A stretch of 64,000 nucleotides of DNA from an uncultured Halanaerobiales bacterium. GTDB taxonomy: Bacteria > Bacillota > Halanaerobiia > B1SED10-174. Under the pieces are notes generated by a model. It was given only the letters and a program-made list of their open reading frames with translations. It did no database searches and was not told where the DNA came from. Made by a program: the position numbers and the translations under genes. The stretch is from the NCBI GenBank assembly GCA_964568715.1, contig CAZMQU010000001.1, positions 143,287 through 207,286 of the forward strand. Reading direction: 5' to 3'. Below are positions 20,715 to 31,172 of this stretch, one piece after another (the stretch's first letter is position 1; each line of letters starts with the position of its first letter).

Positions 20715-20765
20715 AACTAAAAAAAATACAAGATAATGTGTTATTTATCTTGTATATTTTTTAGA
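20715..20765 (-). terminator. Bidirectional-type terminator between rpmF and the plsX promoter
   Basis: ATACAAGATA ... TATCTTGTAT hairpin flanked by A-run and T-run. Confidence 0.7.
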
Positions 20766-20777
20766 AATACAGTTTTT

Positions 20778-20954
20778 TCATACTTCTATTTGCGCTTTTC
20801 CTTTATAATAACCACAAACGAGACATACGCGGTGTGGGACCTTTTGTTCACCACACTTGGGGCATTCCACCAGGTTCACGCTTTGCAACTTCCAGTGAGT
20901 AAGCCCTTTGCGTTTTCTGGTTTTTGAATGTCGTCTTTTCGGGACTGCAGCCAA
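20778..20954 (-). CDS. rpmF: 50S ribosomal protein L32
   Basis: [15 protein letters not shown]... typical L32; likely TTG start with AGGAGGTG RBS. Confidence 0.9.
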   Translation of the reverse strand: MAAVPKRRHSKTRKRKGLTHWKLQSVNLVECPKCGEQKVPHRVCLVCGYYKGKAQIEV

Positions 20955-20966
20955 ATCAAACACCTC

Positions 20967-21449
20967 CTACTTTTTTAAAAAGCTTTCCAATTTCCGCCAG
21001 CGAGGATCAACAGCTTGCGGTTGGCAATCGCATTTTTTAAAATTTCTGTTTGTCCCGCATTCCGGGCATATTCCTTTACAGCCATCATTGCAGACAATTT
21101 GCATCGGTATGCGAACCATAATGTTTTGATAAATATCTTCGGAGATATCCAGCAATTGGTTAACATTAATGCTGTTTTTGCCTTTTTTGTCGTAAGATTC
21201 GGTAAATTCAACCTCAAATGGCCATCGGAAATTCTCGAGGCAGCGGGTGCATTCCAATATTGCAACACCTTTCAACTTAACCTGAAGCAGAATTGAATCT
21301 TGCGTATTTGTTACAATCGCTTCAACATCAATTTCTTGTGGAAACACAATTTTCCTATTTTGAATTCTAACTGCTTCCAGCGGCAACGATTGAAATATCG
21401 TTTTACTTGCACCGATTGAATTCAGCACTTCACTTAGTTTGATTTTCAA
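20967..21449 (-). CDS. yceD: YceD/DUF177 family protein (large-subunit rRNA accumulation protein)
   Basis: 160 aa with C-terminal CxxC...CxxC; conserved position upstream of rpmF. Confidence 0.8.
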   Translation of the reverse strand: MKIKLSEVLNSIGASKTIFQSLPLEAVRIQNRKIVFPQEIDVEAIVTNTQDSILLQVKLKGVAILECTRCLENFRWPFEVEFTESYDKKGKNSINVNQLLDISEDIYQNIMVRIPMQIVCNDGCKGICPECGTNRNFKKCDCQPQAVDPRWRKLESFLKK

Positions 21450-21748
21450 CGGAATTTCCCCCTTGACCCTCGATTTATTATATAGCGAAGAAAAAACATT
21501 GTCAAGATAAGCCGTGCCCCTGCCCTGCTTTGGTAATTCCCCTGTTTATCAGATTTTAGCAGGGTAGCAAATAAACCGCCGGCCGGGAAAACCGAAATAC
21601 AAAAGATAAGCGCAAAACTATTGTTAAGCAGGGAGCTTGCCCTAAATCTGTCTGTCTATTGGGCAAGCCCTCCGTAATCTAATAGCAAAAGATGCCTTAT
21701 ATATTAAATTGTTTAAAAATCCTTAACTGTCTTAGCGACAAAGTATCT

Positions 21749-22954
21749 TTAATTATCTAACAATTCCAAGGTTTCCCTGGCTATAACAAGCTCTTCATTG
21801 GTGGGGATGACCAACACCTTGGTTTTGCCACCTTCTCCCGTGATATCAGCCACTTTACCTTTTACATTATTTTTTTCCGGATCAATTTCTATACCTAAAA
21901 ACTCCAAGCCCCGGACACATTTTTCCCTGATCATACCTGAGTTTTCACCAATACCGGCTGTAAAGACTAAAAGGTCCAAGCCACCCATTGCTGCTGCATA
22001 AGCACCAATATGTTTCTTGACTTGATAGCAGAAGATTTCAATAGCTAACTGGGCCCGCTCGTTGCCTTCATCAGCGGCTTTTTCAATATCGCGGGTATCG
22101 TTACTGATACCGGAAATACCCAAAAGGCCACTTTCCTTATTCAATAAATCTTCAACCTCCATGACGTTTAGATTCACATTGTTTTGCAAGAAGGTAATAA
22201 TTGCCGGATCAATGCTGCCGCTACGGGTCCCCATGACCAAACCTTCCAAGGGTGTAAATCCCATACTGGTATCAATCGATTTGCCATCTTTAACCGCAGT
22301 TATACTAGCCCCGTTACCTAAATGGGCTGTAATAATTTTAAGATCTTCCTGCGGCTTGCCGAGAAATTTTGCACCTTCGGAAGCGACAAACTTATGAGAA
22401 GTACCATGGAAACCGTAACGTCTGATACCGTGCTCGGTATAAAGATTATAAGGCAAAGGATAGATATAAGCAACAGGTTCCATGGTTTGATGAAAAGATG
22501 TATCGAATACGGCAACTTGCGGGATACCCGGCAACAGTTCACTGACCACTTTTATGCCGGCGACGTTGTGGGGGTTATGCAAAGGGGCTAAGCGGGTAAG
22601 ATCGAGGATATTGTCAACAACATCTTCACCGTTTACCAAAATGGAAGTAGGAAATTGCTCGCCGCCATGGACAACCCGATGGCCTACCGCAGAAATTTCT
22701 TCAATTTTATTGATGACTCCATATTCCGGATGAACAAGGGTCTCAATAACCATTTTAATCCCTTCATTATGGTTGGCTACTACCTCATCGACTTTTACAG
22801 ATATGTCTTTTTGCACCGCGGTATGCTTTAAAAACGAGCCGTCAATACCGATACGTTCTACACCCCCCCTTGCCAACACTGACTCATCTTCAATTTTAAA
22901 CAACTGATACTTGATAGAAGAACTGCCACAATTAAGAACCAAGATTTTCAACAA
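21749..22954 (-). CDS. ackA: Acetate kinase
   Basis: MLKILVLNCGSSSIKYQLF N-terminus; 401 aa. Confidence 0.93.
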   Translation of the reverse strand: MLKILVLNCGSSSIKYQLFKIEDESVLARGGVERIGIDGSFLKHTAVQKDISVKVDEVVANHNEGIKMVIETLVHPEYGVINKIEEISAVGHRVVHGGEQFPTSILVNGEDVVDNILDLTRLAPLHNPHNVAGIKVVSELLPGIPQVAVFDTSFHQTMEPVAYIYPLPYNLYTEHGIRRYGFHGTSHKFVASEGAKFLGKPQEDLKIITAHLGNGASITAVKDGKSIDTSMGFTPLEGLVMGTRSGSIDPAIITFLQNNVNLNVMEVEDLLNKESGLLGISGISNDTRDIEKAADEGNERAQLAIEIFCYQVKKHIGAYAAAMGGLDLLVFTAGIGENSGMIREKCVRGLEFLGIEIDPEKNNVKGKVADITGEGGKTKVLVIPTNEELVIARETLELLDN

Positions 22955-22985
22955 AAAAACTCCTTTCTAATCCCAATAAATTATT

Positions 22986-23975
22986 TCAGCCTGCCTGGAG
23001 GACAGTAATTGCAACCAAATTTATAATATCTTCTACGGAACAACCACGGGAAAGATCATTGATAGGTTTCGCTATACCTTGCAGGATGGGACCGATTGCC
23101 TCGGCACCGGCCAACCTTTGTACCAGTTTGTAGCCGATATTGGCCGATTGCAAATCGGGAAAGACCAACACATTGGCCCTGCCGGCAATTTTGCTATTGG
23201 GTGCTTTCAAGGAACCGATCGACGGAACCAAGGCCGCATCAGCTTGAATTTCTCCTTCAAAATCAAAGCCCGGCTCCAAAGACTGAGCAATTTCTTTGGC
23301 TTGCCTTACTTTATCGACAAATTCATGTTTAGCACTGCCAAGGGTGGAAAAAGATAAGAAGGCAACGCGGGGTTCTAACCCGGCAACAATCTTTGTACTT
23401 TTGGCGGTCGCTATGCCGATTTCCGCTAGTTGGCGAGCATCAGGATTGGGGTTTACGGCGCAGTCAGCCATAGCAACAATACCTTCTTCCAAATATTCGG
23501 AATCCAGCAACATAAAAAAAGCCCCGGAAACAAGCGATACTCCAGGTGCCGTTCTAATTATCTGCAAAGCCGGTCTTAGAACATCACCGGTTGCACTTGC
23601 AGCTCCGGCAACCGAGCCATCAGCGTAGCCTTCATTGACCAGCATTGTACTTAAATAAAGGGGTGACAGAATCAGCTTATCAGCTTCATCTTTCGTCAAC
23701 CCTTTTTCTTTTCTTAATTCATAAAGTTTTTCCGAATAGGAAGCTCGTTGAGGAAATTCGCTCGGATCAATGATTTCGACACCCTCCGGTGATACTTCCA
23801 GCCTTGCCATCCTTTGCATAATTTCTTTTTCGGGCCCCAACAAAATTATCTTAGCAATTCCTTGGTCCGTAATTCTTTTTGCCGCAATAATAATTCTGTC
23901 ATCATTGCTTTCGGGCAAAACGATTGTTTTTTTTAAAACCGCAGCCTGTTCAAGTATTTTTGCCATAAAATCCAT
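22986..23975 (-). CDS. pta: Phosphate acetyltransferase (short PTA_PTB form)
   Basis: 329 aa PTA_PTB family; pta-ackA operon arrangement. Confidence 0.85.
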   Translation of the reverse strand: MDFMAKILEQAAVLKKTIVLPESNDDRIIIAAKRITDQGIAKIILLGPEKEIMQRMARLEVSPEGVEIIDPSEFPQRASYSEKLYELRKEKGLTKDEADKLILSPLYLSTMLVNEGYADGSVAGAASATGDVLRPALQIIRTAPGVSLVSGAFFMLLDSEYLEEGIVAMADCAVNPNPDARQLAEIGIATAKSTKIVAGLEPRVAFLSFSTLGSAKHEFVDKVRQAKEIAQSLEPGFDFEGEIQADAALVPSIGSLKAPNSKIAGRANVLVFPDLQSANIGYKLVQRLAGAEAIGPILQGIAKPINDLSRGCSVEDIINLVAITVLQAG

Positions 23976-24209
23976 TTAAAACCCTCCATATCCTGATATC
24001 ATCCATTGTAACAAGTGTACTGGCCGAAACAACGGACAATATCTCAGTATTTAATTTTTACGCCCTCTTATGGCGATAAAATTCCAATGTTTTATATTCG
24101 ACATAGGCAATATTAAACCTTTAGAGTGCTTGGTAAATATGCAGATATATATAGAAAGGAATTCATTACAATAATATAGAAACTAGTCTCACAACGGAGG
24201 TTTTTTATA

Positions 24210-25463
24210 ATGGCAACCCTTGGTATTATAGCAGAATATAACCCTTTTCACAATGGCCATCTTTACCATTTGACTAAAAGCCGCAACAGGGTAAACGCCA
24301 AACGGGTAGTTGTGGTGTTGAGCCCTTCATTTTTGCAAAGAGGTGAACCCGCAATCGTTGACAAGTGGACCAGAACAAGTATGGCTTTGTCAGCCGGTAT
24401 CGATTTGATTATAGAGCTGCCTTTCCCTTACGCTTGCAGCAGCGCCGAACATTTCGCCCGGAGCGGAATTGCCCTTCTGGAAACTGCCGGGTGCGACCAT
24501 ATTTCTTTCGGCATCGATAAAGGTAATCCGGCGGATTTGGATAAGATAGCCTCTATATTGGCCTTTGAGACGGAGGAATTTTCCTGCCTTTTGAAAAAAT
24601 TTTTGGCGACCGGCTTATCATTTCCACAGGCCCGCTCGGAAGCACTAGCAGAAATAACAGGCCGCCCGACGACAATCAACAACTTGTTGAGAGGGGCTAA
24701 CAATATATTAGCCATTGAATATTTAAAAGCATTAAAAATCCGCAAATCCGCGATGAAACCAGTATTTATTAAACGATTGGGAACAAGCTTCCACGACTTG
24801 GCCCCGGCGGAGGGTTACGCAAGTGCCGGTGCAATCCGAAATATCTTAAAAAACAATCACTATCCGCAAGCGATCAATTTCTTGCAAGATCTGATGCCCG
24901 CTGATTCCCACGCAATATTTAAAGAAGCGTTGACCGACGGCAGGGCACCGATATTTCCTGAAGACTTGGGTAAAATAATCATTGCCAAATTGCGTTGTGC
25001 CCGGCCAAAGGACTTGGCAGTTCTCCCCGATATGGAACCGGGACTGGAAAACAGATTCTTGCAAGCCGGCAAGGTCGCCGGTTCTTGGGCGGATCTTTTA
25101 AGTAATCTACAAACAAAACGCTACACAAAAACCCGCTTGCAAAGAATATTGACCTATTTTCTTTTTAATCTGACGGAGAAGGTCAGAAAAGAAGTACAAT
25201 TTTACGATGATCCTCCCTATTTGCGCCCACTAGGGTTTAGTAATGAGGGCAAAAATATTTTAAAGTATATCAAATCCGCTGACAAAATACCTATAATCAC
25301 TTCAATTGCTCCCCGCCGCCTGCCTTTTAAAACGATGGCCATCGTTAAATCCTTGGAGTTGGAACGACAATGCACCGATATTTTGGCCTTGTTGGCCCCT
25401 AACCCTCAAAAAAGACAGGGAAGCCGTGACTATCGAAAAAGCCCCCTTTACTTTTGCCGCTGA
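24210..25463 (+). CDS. tmcAL: tRNA(Met) cytidine acetate ligase (YlbM/UPF0348 nucleotidyltransferase)
   Basis: IIAEYNPFHNGHLYHL ... FLQRGEPAIVDKWTRTSMAL matches the YlbM/TmcAL N-terminus. Confidence 0.85.
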   Translation: MATLGIIAEYNPFHNGHLYHLTKSRNRVNAKRVVVVLSPSFLQRGEPAIVDKWTRTSMALSAGIDLIIELPFPYACSSAEHFARSGIALLETAGCDHISFGIDKGNPADLDKIASILAFETEEFSCLLKKFLATGLSFPQARSEALAEITGRPTTINNLLRGANNILAIEYLKALKIRKSAMKPVFIKRLGTSFHDLAPAEGYASAGAIRNILKNNHYPQAINFLQDLMPADSHAIFKEALTDGRAPIFPEDLGKIIIAKLRCARPKDLAVLPDMEPGLENRFLQAGKVAGSWADLLSNLQTKRYTKTRLQRILTYFLFNLTEKVRKEVQFYDDPPYLRPLGFSNEGKNILKYIKSADKIPIITSIAPRRLPFKTMAIVKSLELERQCTDILALLAPNPQKRQGSRDYRKSPLYFCR

Positions 25464-25526
25464 TTTTTCCAACACTCCGTCTTATTAACTCATTCGTTTA
25501 TCTTTTCTGATCTTTTCAACAACCAT

Positions 25527-25550
25527 TGGCTGCATAGGCAGCTTTTTTTG
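25527..25550 (+). terminator. Putative terminator after tmcAL
   Basis: GGCTGCATAGGCAGC followed by TTTTTTT. Confidence 0.5.
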
Positions 25551-25660
25551 TCCCTTTTAGCCAAACACTGCCACCCAATCGATATAAACTTTGATTTGGT
25601 TATATTTTACACTGACAAGCCATAGTATTTAAAGATAATATCTTGGCGGGGGGCACGAAC

Positions 25661-26878
25661 ATGGCTAAGAAGAACAAAGCAAAGATAATAATGTTAGCTT
25701 TGGGAGCTGTTTTAGTTACTGTAGGGGTTGTTTTTTATTCAGAGCAATCTTTCCGGGCTGCTTACAAAGGCCTTCTAATTTGGTGGGAAATTGTTTTACC
25801 GGCTCTTTTGCCATTTTTTATTTTAACCGAAATTCTTTTTGGTTTGGGCGTCGTTCATTTTATCGGCACATTTTTGGAACCGTTAATGCGTCCACTATTT
25901 AGAATACCCGGTGTCGGAGCATTTGCTTTTGCCATGGGTCTGGCCTCCGGCTATCCGATTGGCGCCAAGATTACCGGTGATTTGCGAGCAAAGAATTTAT
26001 GCACAAAAAAAGAAGGAGAACGTCTTTTAGCCTTATGTAATACAGCTGATCCCCTATTTATGATTGGTGCAGTCAGTATTGGTATGTTTAAAATTCCGGC
26101 AATTTCAGGAATTTTATGTATTTGCCATTATATGGCGGCAATAATGGTGGGTTTGGTTTTTCGGTTTTACGGCAGAAGTTCCGAGACCCACAAAACAGAT
26201 GAAGAAGCAAGGCAATCAACAAAAACAACTCCGGCAAACCCGTTCTTATTATTTAAAAAGTCTTTGGCAAAGATGTTTGCCGCACGGGCTGCAGATAAAA
26301 GAAATCTGGGGGAAATATTCGGCGATGCGGTTAGCAATTCCATAAGTACAATATTGTTGGTCGGCGGATTTATTATTACATTTTCCGTGTTAACGGAATT
26401 AATCAGTAATATCCAATTGGCTTGCCTGGATAATCTGCTATACTATGTTTTTTTGTTCCCCTTGCGTATTCCCCGCAACTTTCTTTTACCGATTTTCAGC
26501 GGCATTTTTGAAATTACAAATGGCACATCTTTGGTCAGTAGCTGCGGTAGTTCTTTATTTTTGCGAACAGCCATCGCCAACGCTATTATAGCCTGGAGCG
26601 GTTTATCCGTGCTTGCTCAAACGGCTACCATGATCAAAGGCACCGATTTGAGCCTAAAGCCCTACGTTGTTGCCAGGCTTTTACATGCCGTTTTATCGGC
26701 TGGATGTACCTTCATCTGGTGGCGTCCTTTACATGCACTATCAACGGTTGTTTTCAAAAATCCCTTTGCCAGATTGCCCCTATGGGGTCACATGCTTTAT
26801 ACACTGGTTATACTTTTAATAATCCTTCTATTGGCAGGCCTATTGAGTTTATTAATCGTGGCTCGCCGATCAGATTAA
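25661..26878 (+). CDS. ylbJ: Sporulation integral membrane protein YlbJ
   Basis: About 405 aa polytopic membrane protein with the LWWEIVLPALLPFFIL region typical of YlbJ; ylb-cluster context (coaD, rsmD adjacent). Confidence 0.8.
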   Translation: MAKKNKAKIIMLALGAVLVTVGVVFYSEQSFRAAYKGLLIWWEIVLPALLPFFILTEILFGLGVVHFIGTFLEPLMRPLFRIPGVGAFAFAMGLASGYPIGAKITGDLRAKNLCTKKEGERLLALCNTADPLFMIGAVSIGMFKIPAISGILCICHYMAAIMVGLVFRFYGRSSETHKTDEEARQSTKTTPANPFLLFKKSLAKMFAARAADKRNLGEIFGDAVSNSISTILLVGGFIITFSVLTELISNIQLACLDNLLYYVFLFPLRIPRNFLLPIFSGIFEITNGTSLVSSCGSSLFLRTAIANAIIAWSGLSVLAQTATMIKGTDLSLKPYVVARLLHAVLSAGCTFIWWRPLHALSTVVFKNPFARLPLWGHMLYTLVILLIILLLAGLLSLLIVARRSD

Positions 26879-27354
26879 CCGTTTATTTTTTTTAATTGTA
26901 CCCTAACAATTTCCGGTACCAAACCCGCCACACAGCCACCCAAAGCAGCAACTTCTTTTATCAAACTTGAACTGAGAAATCCATACTCATGGTTGGACAT
27001 TAGATATAGAATTTCAATTTCAGGATTCAGTTTTTTGTACATCAATGCCTGTTGAAATTCTTTTTCAAAATCAGATACGGCCCTCAAGCCTCTAATAATT
27101 GCAGTTGCTTTAATTTTTTGAGCATAATCGGTCAACAAACCATCAAAGGAATCGATTTTAATATTAGCAAATTCCCCGGTCACGGCTTCAAGCATATCTA
27201 CCCTCTCTTGCATAGAAAAAGTATGAATCTTGTTGGGGTTAATAAATACTGCAACAATTAATTCGTCGAATATCATCGAAGCCCTCTTCATTATATCGAT
27301 ATGCCCGTTGGTTACCGGATCAAAACTGCCTGGATAAACCGCTATTTTTTTCAT
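26875..27354 (-). CDS. coaD: Phosphopantetheine adenylyltransferase
   Basis: MKKIAVYPGSFDPVTNGHIDIM. Confidence 0.95.
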   Translation of the reverse strand: MKKIAVYPGSFDPVTNGHIDIMKRASMIFDELIVAVFINPNKIHTFSMQERVDMLEAVTGEFANIKIDSFDGLLTDYAQKIKATAIIRGLRAVSDFEKEFQQALMYKKLNPEIEILYLMSNHEYGFLSSSLIKEVAALGGCVAGLVPEIVRVQLKKING

Positions 27355-27902
27355 TCATTGGCCTCCCTTTGATAAAATAACAATTCTGTGCTGCCATAGC
27401 TTTTGCTTTTCATTATTTTTAACCCTTCCGAAGGCATTCCCATAGATTTTGATCCGGAATGCTCGATTATTACAACCCCTTCCGCTGCAAGCAAGCGGAT
27501 TAAAGGCGGCGGCCATATTTGCTCCAAGCTGTAGTGATAGGGAGGATCCAGAAATATCAAATCAAACTTCAAATCCTCTCTTATTGTCTTTGCTGCTTTG
27601 TGCAGGTCTTGGCATATAACGGTAGCGGCCTCCCCCAAGCCGGTCCGGCTCAAGTTATCCTGCAGGAACTTGATCGTGGATCGATGCTTTTCAACAAAAA
27701 CGACATGGGCGGCACCTCTGCTCAATGCTTCTATCCCAATGCTGCCGCTGCCGGCGTATCCGTCCAAAAAAATGGAACCCTCAATTTTATTCTGTAAAAC
27801 ATTAAAAAGGCCTTCTTTGACCCGATCCGCAGTAGGTCGAACATTTTTATTTTTAGGAAATATTAAGCGTTGCCCCTTGGCTTTGCCGCCGATGATACGC
27901 AT
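27351..27902 (-). CDS. rsmD: 16S rRNA (guanine966-N2)-methyltransferase
   Basis: MRIIGGKAKGQRL...LDGYAGSGSIGIEALSRGA...LDPPY; GGGAGGG RBS before the ATG at 27902. Confidence 0.9.
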   Translation of the reverse strand: MRIIGGKAKGQRLIFPKNKNVRPTADRVKEGLFNVLQNKIEGSIFLDGYAGSGSIGIEALSRGAAHVVFVEKHRSTIKFLQDNLSRTGLGEAATVICQDLHKAAKTIREDLKFDLIFLDPPYHYSLEQIWPPPLIRLLAAEGVVIIEHSGSKSMGMPSEGLKIMKSKSYGSTELLFYQREANE

Positions 27903-28093
27903 ATTTACCCTCCCATATGCTTCCAGTATAGATAGCAATGACTGTGGCACAATACTTAAGGAAAATCCCATTTCTCCTCTCCCAAAGAAACCGGTATCCG
28001 TTTAAAACCGGTTTCTTTACTATGTAAATAAAATCCCCCTAATCATTGCAAAATTTGGAAGCCCGGTCCGGTCGATGACTAGATCCGACTGTT

Positions 28094-30166
28094 TTAAATT
28101 ATGATATCGCCGGGGAAACGTTCTTCCGATTCTTTTTCCAACAAATGAAATGAAGCTTCCCGGGCATCGCTATTTATAAAATATTGATAGGCTTCTGTAT
28201 GAGCCAAAGATATCAACTTTAAATTATAAGCTAAGTTTGCTACTTTAAAGGAAGAAAAACCGTGTTGTCGTGTCCCGAAAAAATCGCCTGCTCCCCGAAT
28301 CTTTAAATCTTCTTCCGCCAGAAGAAAACCGTCCCTAATATTTTCCATTGCTTTCAATCTTTTTACGGCAATATCATCGGTAGCTTCGGAGATAAGGATG
28401 CAATATGATTGGTTCACTCCGCGGCCGACTCGTCCTCTGAGTTGATGTAATTGTGCCAATCCAAATCTCTGGGCATCTTCAATAAGCATGACAGTTGCAT
28501 TGGGGATATCTACCCCAACCTCAATCACCGTCGTAGCCACCAATATATTGATCCGATTGCTGCGAAATTCTTCCATAACCTTTTCTCTGTTTTCAGATTC
28601 CAATTGACCATGGATCAGACCGACTCTCCGATTACTAAATCGAATTTTCAATTTTTCATACATGTCTTCAGCTGCTTCCGCTTGCAACTTCTCCGATTCT
28701 GTAATCAACGGACAAACAACGAACACTTGCCCTCCCTTGTCAATTTCGCCCTCCAAAAATTTATAAATCTTCTCTCTGCTTTTTTCTTTACGCCAAAAAG
28801 TAGCAACGGCTTTCCGACCGGGGGGTAGTTCATCCAGCGCCGAGTAATCCAGATCGCCATATAAGCTAAATGCCAAAGAACGCGGGATGGGGGTAGCTGT
28901 CATTATCAATAAATGAGGATTGTCCCCTTTATCTCCCAGCAATTTTCGCTGTTCCACACCAAACCGATGCTGTTCATCTATGACGGCAGCGCCAAGATTT
29001 TTGAATTTTACGTTTTTCTGAATTAAAGCATGGGTACCGATTACTAAATTAATCTTACCCGCTGCCAGGGCGACTAGAATCTCTTCCTTCTCCTTGGAAG
29101 GCAAACTGCCTGTATATAATACCGGCATGACACCTAGCCCCGTCAAAAATTTTTTTATACTGTAATAGTGTTGCTCAGCCAATATTTCCGTTGGTGCCAT
29201 AAAAGCACCCTGGAATCCGTTTTCCAAGGCCTTTAACAATACCAAAAGGGCTAAAACGGTTTTGCCGGCGCCTACATCCCCTTGCAAAAGCCGATTCATT
29301 GGTTGGCCTTTTTCCATATCAAATTTGATTTCCCGCCACACTTTTTTTTGGCTGCCGGTCAAGGTAAATGGCAAGTTTGTTATGAATTTGTCTACCAACC
29401 TTGCTTCTTTATTAAAAATGTAGCCTTTGCTTTTATTGCGGTTTGCTTTTACTTTCGCCACTTTAAATTGAAAAAGAAAAAGTTCTTCAAAAGCCAAACG
29501 CCTATAAGCCTCCTCCTTCTTCTGCATATCAGTGGGAAAATGGATATTATTTATTGCTTGGCTGCGATTCATAAGGTTATATTTGTCAATAATATTTGCC
29601 GGCAGGAATTCTCGAATTGCATAGGAATAATCGCGGAGGGCACCGTAGACAAGTTTTCTAAGTAATTTTTGGGGCAAACCTTCAGTTAGACCGTAGACCG
29701 GAACTATCCGCCCGCTGTTCAACTTATTGTCTTTACCGATTATTTCAAAGGAAGGATGATTAAATTCAACACGTTTCCATTGCTCAAAAGTTTTGGCGTT
29801 AATCTTACCGCTAAAAAGCACTTGATCCCCTTGCTTAAACTTATCGATAGTATTAAGATACTGGAACCAAGTAGCATAGGCTATACCTGTATCATCGGCT
29901 ATGGCAACTTTGGCAATTGTTCGGCCCTGCTTTGTCCTTATTTTTTGGGCAGCTTGAATTTCACCTAAAATTGTTACTTCCTTTGTCGTTTGGTTTATCT
30001 CAGCAATCTTTGTAACCGTCTTTCTGTCCAGATAATCCCGGGGTAAATAATACAGTAAATCAAAGATGGTCTCGATATTTAAACGAGCCAACTGTTTGGC
30101 CCTGGCAGGACCGACTCCCCTAAGATTATTTATTTTAAATTTTAATGCATCTTGTTCTTTTTTCAT
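28094..30166 (-). CDS. recG: ATP-dependent DNA helicase RecG
   Basis: 690 aa; wedge domain, helicase motifs GDVGAGKT, DEQHRFG. Confidence 0.93.
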   Translation of the reverse strand: MKKEQDALKFKINNLRGVGPARAKQLARLNIETIFDLLYYLPRDYLDRKTVTKIAEINQTTKEVTILGEIQAAQKIRTKQGRTIAKVAIADDTGIAYATWFQYLNTIDKFKQGDQVLFSGKINAKTFEQWKRVEFNHPSFEIIGKDNKLNSGRIVPVYGLTEGLPQKLLRKLVYGALRDYSYAIREFLPANIIDKYNLMNRSQAINNIHFPTDMQKKEEAYRRLAFEELFLFQFKVAKVKANRNKSKGYIFNKEARLVDKFITNLPFTLTGSQKKVWREIKFDMEKGQPMNRLLQGDVGAGKTVLALLVLLKALENGFQGAFMAPTEILAEQHYYSIKKFLTGLGVMPVLYTGSLPSKEKEEILVALAAGKINLVIGTHALIQKNVKFKNLGAAVIDEQHRFGVEQRKLLGDKGDNPHLLIMTATPIPRSLAFSLYGDLDYSALDELPPGRKAVATFWRKEKSREKIYKFLEGEIDKGGQVFVVCPLITESEKLQAEAAEDMYEKLKIRFSNRRVGLIHGQLESENREKVMEEFRSNRINILVATTVIEVGVDIPNATVMLIEDAQRFGLAQLHQLRGRVGRGVNQSYCILISEATDDIAVKRLKAMENIRDGFLLAEEDLKIRGAGDFFGTRQHGFSSFKVANLAYNLKLISLAHTEAYQYFINSDAREASFHLLEKESEERFPGDIII

Positions 30167-30293
30167 CGGTTCACCACCATGAAATACAGAAAGGCGTGTT
30201 AAATAATCTACCGCCGGAACACGCCTTTTATTATTTAGTTGAATCGTTTTAAGTTGCTGTGGATATTTTCCTTTGGGAACCGTATTTATTCTT

Positions 30294-31145
30294 TTAGCGA
30301 ACTGTCAACACCAAGCCCAAAGTACCGGGGCCAAGGTGTGTACCAACCACCGGACCTACCGCCCCTATATCAGAATCAACGATACCGTATTTTTGGACAA
30401 GCATGTTTTGGAAATCCTCAGCCTTGTTATAGCAGGCAGAATTCATTATTGTTTTGCGGCAACTGGGTCCGTGTTTAGCAATGTAGCCGGTTATTGCTTC
30501 CTCCAAGCGGACAATCGCTTTTTTACTTCCCCTTATTTTTTCCAAGGGCGCTACAAAACCTTCATCGTCTATCGTTAGAAAAGGCTTTATATTCAACAGG
30601 GAACCTACCATGCCCTGCGCCTTACCGATCCGTCCGCCCTTGACCAGGTATTCCAATGTTCCGGCCGCAAAATATACTTCTTGCGTTTCCCGGCTTTGTT
30701 TAATTTTGATTAAAACTTCTTCCACATCGGCACCATTTTGGACTGCAACAGAAGCATTCATTGCCAAATGCCCCAAGGCATAACTGACGGTTTTGGAGTC
30801 TATCGGTATTATCTCAAGTTCAGGCACTTCTTCAGCGGCCATTACCGCAGCTTGATAAGTACCACTCATCTTTTCGGAAATATGAATAGAAATAATGACA
30901 TCAGTCTTACCTACAAAACTTTTATATGTTTTGACGAAAGAACCCACGGAAACCTGGGATGTGGTGGGAAGTTTTTCTGCTTTAATTAATTTAGCAAAAA
31001 ATTCATCGGGGGTTATTTCCACACCTTCCAAAAAACTTTCATCAGAAAAATTAACGGTAAGAGGAACAACTGTAATACCATGTTCCTTTGCTAGGATCGG
31101 TGTTATATCTGAAGTACTGTCGGTGATAATTTGTATCCTTTTCAT
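30294..31145 (-). CDS. DegV family fatty-acid-binding protein (FakB-like)
   Basis: MKRIQIITDSTSDI DegV N-terminus. Confidence 0.88.
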   Translation of the reverse strand: MKRIQIITDSTSDITPILAKEHGITVVPLTVNFSDESFLEGVEITPDEFFAKLIKAEKLPTTSQVSVGSFVKTYKSFVGKTDVIISIHISEKMSGTYQAAVMAAEEVPELEIIPIDSKTVSYALGHLAMNASVAVQNGADVEEVLIKIKQSRETQEVYFAAGTLEYLVKGGRIGKAQGMVGSLLNIKPFLTIDDEGFVAPLEKIRGSKKAIVRLEEAITGYIAKHGPSCRKTIMNSACYNKAEDFQNMLVQKYGIVDSDIGAVGPVVGTHLGPGTLGLVLTVR

Positions 31146-31172
31146 GAAAATGCACCTCCTGATTTTGCAAAC

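Noticed and set aside
21450-21748. 300-bp intergenic region downstream of ackA, with imperfect dyad AGGGAGCTTGCCC...GGGCAAGCCCTCC, considered as a riboswitch or sRNA
   Set aside because: No recognisable riboswitch consensus by eye. The dyad is imperfect and lacks a U-tract, so it may simply be a weak ackA terminator plus the yceD-rpmF promoter.
23990-24010. TGTAACAAGTGTAC considered as a CcpA cre site in the pta/tmcAL intergenic region
   Set aside because: Matches the cre consensus TGWAANCGNTNWCA at too few positions (lacks the central CG).
25560-25642. Possible sigma-E-type promoter (TTATATT ... CATAGTAT) upstream of ylbJ
   Set aside because: The spacing (~14 nt) and -10 match are imperfect; plausible given that ylbJ is sigma-E-controlled in B. 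subtilis, but not supportable from sequence alone.
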